A DNA stretch of 24,164 nucleotides from Spirochaetaceae bacterium (GTDB lineage: Bacteria; Spirochaetota; Spirochaetia; DSM-2461): NCBI GenBank assembly GCA_027858495.1, contig JAQICO010000151.1, forward strand, positions 1-24,164. The letters run 5' to 3'. The translations under genes were made by a program, and so were the position numbers. Shown piece after piece: positions 22,268-24,164 of this stretch. Under the pieces are notes generated by a model. It made no database searches. It was given only the letters and a program-made list of their open reading frames with translations, and was not told where the DNA came from. The first letter of the stretch is position 1; every line of letters starts with the position of its first letter.

Positions 22268-22798
22268 ATGGAAAAGCAGGATTCATCAGATCAGGTAGTT
22301 TCAACTCTAAGGCAAATCATTAGAGCAATAGACCTTCATTCAAAGAAGTTGACCAAGACCTACGGGCTTACAGGACCTCAGCTACTGGTTTTAAAGGAAA
22401 TTCAAAAAAAACCCCAATCGCCAATCTCAGAGATTTCCCGCAGTGTAAGCCTTTCCCAGGCTACCGTCACCAGTATTTTAGATCGCCTGGAACAGCAGGG
22501 ATTTGCCCAACGGATTCGTAGCCAAGAGGATAAACGAATGGTCACTGTGCAACTAAGCAATAAAGCCCTCGACGTTTTAAAAAGTAATCCCTCCATGCTT
22601 CAGGAGCAGTTCAGCCAACTGTTTAACGGACTTAACGATTGGGAACAGAATATGATTTTATCGTCGCTGCAGCGTTTGGTAAATTTGTTAAATGCCGAGG
22701 ATATTAAATCTCCTCCAGTATTGGTCAGTGGCCCAATTACGGCATCCTTCCAGGATGTTCATCGATATCTTGGAGAAGACGAATTAAAGGTTAAATAG
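22268..22798 (+). CDS. MarR-family transcriptional regulator (176 aa) with a ~35-aa C-terminal extension.
   Basis: wHTH 'TYGLTGPQLLVLKEIQKKPQSPISEISRSVSLSQATVTSILDRLEQQGFAQRIRSQEDKRMVTVQLSNKA' is typical MarR. RBS is 'gaggaaccATG'. It is transcribed divergently from the proXVW operon. Confidence 0.8.
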   Translation: MEKQDSSDQVVSTLRQIIRAIDLHSKKLTKTYGLTGPQLLVLKEIQKKPQSPISEISRSVSLSQATVTSILDRLEQQGFAQRIRSQEDKRMVTVQLSNKALDVLKSNPSMLQEQFSQLFNGLNDWEQNMILSSLQRLVNLLNAEDIKSPPVLVSGPITASFQDVHRYLGEDELKVK

Positions 22799-22847
22799 CC
22801 TAGACATATTTGTAGAGATAGTTTTTATAGGTTCGGCGGTATATGAT

Positions 22848-23939
22848 TTAAAGGTCTGGTGGTATTAGAACCATTTTTCCAATATGATTTTTCTTCAAGA
22901 ATTCCCTTTGAGCTTCCACCATATCTTCCATGGCCAGGGTCTTCCAAACCAAGGGTTTAATTTTTCCCCCTTCAATATAGCTTATCAAATTGGGAAAGAC
23001 ATCTTCATGCCATGCAGTAGCTCCCAGTAGCTGTATATCCTTTAAATAAAGTTTTCTTAAATCCAGCTGAACAATGGGCCCCCCAATAGCTCCGGAGCTG
23101 ACATATCGGCCGCGGCGTTTTAAGACGTCTAAAAGCTGTGGAAATGCATCACCTCCCACCATGTCTAATACTACGTCAACAGATTCCTTATCTAACTGTT
23201 CCAATATTGGCCGCTCACGAGACACTGCCACAGCTCCAAGATCTTCCAAGGCTTGTGCCTTGGGGCTGCTGCAAACACCATATACTTGGCAACCCCGGAG
23301 TTTGGCTAATTGAACAGCCGCTGAGCCCACCCCTCCAGAGGCTCCAGTTATGACTATACGCTGACCCTTCTGCAGACCAGAAAGAATGAGTAAGTTTTCA
23401 GCGGTCCCATAGGCACAGGGAATGCTGGCCAGTTCTGCATCGCTCCAATCCGTTTGGATGGGGAATACCTCAGTGGCGGGGACTTTTACATATTGAGCAA
23501 AGGCACCGTTGCAGTCGGAGCCCAACCAGGGAGTATAACCCTCCTGTGTTTGACTGATCATGCAGGGGCGCAGAATAACCCTTTGATTTAACAGCTGGTC
23601 ATATTTTTTTGAGCCCGATTGAATCACCATTCCACAGCAGTCGGTGCCCTGAATAAAGGGAAAGGGCGTGGCATTCCCCCAGCCACCATCTTCCCGCTGA
23701 CTCTCCTGCTGGGTTTCTTCCTGCAGCTGATTGGTTCCATCCTTTATTGAATCGGAGTACCAGCCCAGCCGGGTATTGATTTCAGTATTGTTCATGCCTG
23801 CAGCCAATACTTTAATCAATAGCTCATTGGTGTTAGGTTTCGGTATGTTCATTCTTTGGGGCTGGAGTTGATCGTAGCCGCCCTGTCCCAGGGTTACCAT
23901 TGCCCACATTTGAGGGATTTTATTTGCTGAATCTTTCAT
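22848..23939 (-). CDS. Medium-chain dehydrogenase/reductase (zinc-type ADH / NADPH:quinone oxidoreductase-like) with a Q/E-rich insertion in the N-terminal GroES-like domain (363 aa).
   Basis: Rossmann motif 'ITGASGGVGSAAVQLAKLRGCQVYGVCSS' (GxGxxG type of the Qor/MDR family). The N-terminal domain is 'ELLIKVLAAGMNNTEINTRLGWY...PFPFIQGTDCCGMV'. The insert 'SDSIKDGTNQLQEETQQESQREDGGWGNAT' is atypical. Confidence 0.75.
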   Translation of the reverse strand: MKDSANKIPQMWAMVTLGQGGYDQLQPQRMNIPKPNTNELLIKVLAAGMNNTEINTRLGWYSDSIKDGTNQLQEETQQESQREDGGWGNATPFPFIQGTDCCGMVIQSGSKKYDQLLNQRVILRPCMISQTQEGYTPWLGSDCNGAFAQYVKVPATEVFPIQTDWSDAELASIPCAYGTAENLLILSGLQKGQRIVITGASGGVGSAAVQLAKLRGCQVYGVCSSPKAQALEDLGAVAVSRERPILEQLDKESVDVVLDMVGGDAFPQLLDVLKRRGRYVSSGAIGGPIVQLDLRKLYLKDIQLLGATAWHEDVFPNLISYIEGGKIKPLVWKTLAMEDMVEAQREFLKKNHIGKMVLIPPDL

Positions 23940-24164
23940 AACCCTAGTGTAAGACGGGATTGTTCATAATTCAATGGGCAGGTCTTACCAAGGATAATGG
24001 TATTCCCTGATATCGTGGGCCGCCTTTCGGGGAATCAAAGAGAGCCGGGCGGTTTGCGCAAGCAGGGGTTAAAAGCGAGACTCGCAGCTTTTAGTGGGGG
24101 GGTGGAAGCCGCTTGCGAGGAAATATTAGTTATCCCCTATAATTCTCAAAAGGCACTTCTGCAA

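Noticed and set aside
22402-23353. Short ORFs antisense to the MarR and ADH genes (22402..22596 -, 23074..23313 +, 23138..23353 +)
   Set aside because: Embedded antisense ORFs without support.
23940-24164. tRNA/tmRNA/RNase P/SRP RNA at the window end
   Set aside because: No T-loop (GTTCGAATC-like) or other hallmark consensus found on either strand. Kept only as an unexplained structured GC-rich element.
1-24164. CRISPR arrays, rRNA, tRNA genes
   Set aside because: No regularly spaced direct repeats with unique spacers, and no rRNA or tRNA signatures seen anywhere in the window.

Overview
This 24.2 kb window looks like it comes from a diderm (double-membrane) bacterium with roughly 40-45% GC by eye. 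Product calls rest on motif-level reading of the provided translations; no database searches or computations were run.

Layout, in order:
(1) A small ORF (39..266) that ends inside the left inverted repeat of an IS256-family insertion sequence (~259..1554). The IS transposase reads through in one frame but is interrupted by a single in-frame TAA at the conserved Tyr of the 'EIYG' motif.
(2) A pyrimidine-rich degenerate direct-repeat tract (1580..1820), G-tract-rich on the minus strand.
(3) An orphan 74-aa gene and a probable PIN-domain gene remnant.
(4) A long run of 13 co-directional plus-strand genes (2932..15904). A TetR regulator and a YtrA-type GntR regulator each sit behind a clear palindromic operator. 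They precede a multi-TM SPFH/Band-7 protein, one MacB/LolD-type ABC ATPase, three FtsX-type permeases, a LolA-like periplasmic protein and an outer-membrane beta-barrel with a C-terminal beta-signal. Next come a GH53 endo-beta-1,4-galactanase, a membrane protein with a cNMP-binding-like domain and two bPH (YdbT-like) domains, and a secreted protein built from ~14 tandem 33-aa YD-like repeats.
(5) A convergent small Cys-containing ORF with its own near-consensus promoter.
(6) A minus-strand carD(cdnL)-ispD-ispF operon.
(7) A lipoprotein gene with a shared hairpin terminator.
(8) A minus-strand proX-proV-proW (opuA-type) glycine-betaine ABC operon, divergent from a MarR regulator, and an MDR-family oxidoreductase.

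The best candidate for an undescribed system is the regulator-controlled SPFH + ABC ATPase + 3xFtsX + LolA-like + OMP module. It resembles a Lol/MacAB-type envelope-spanning transporter, but an SPFH scaffold sits where a membrane-fusion adaptor is expected.
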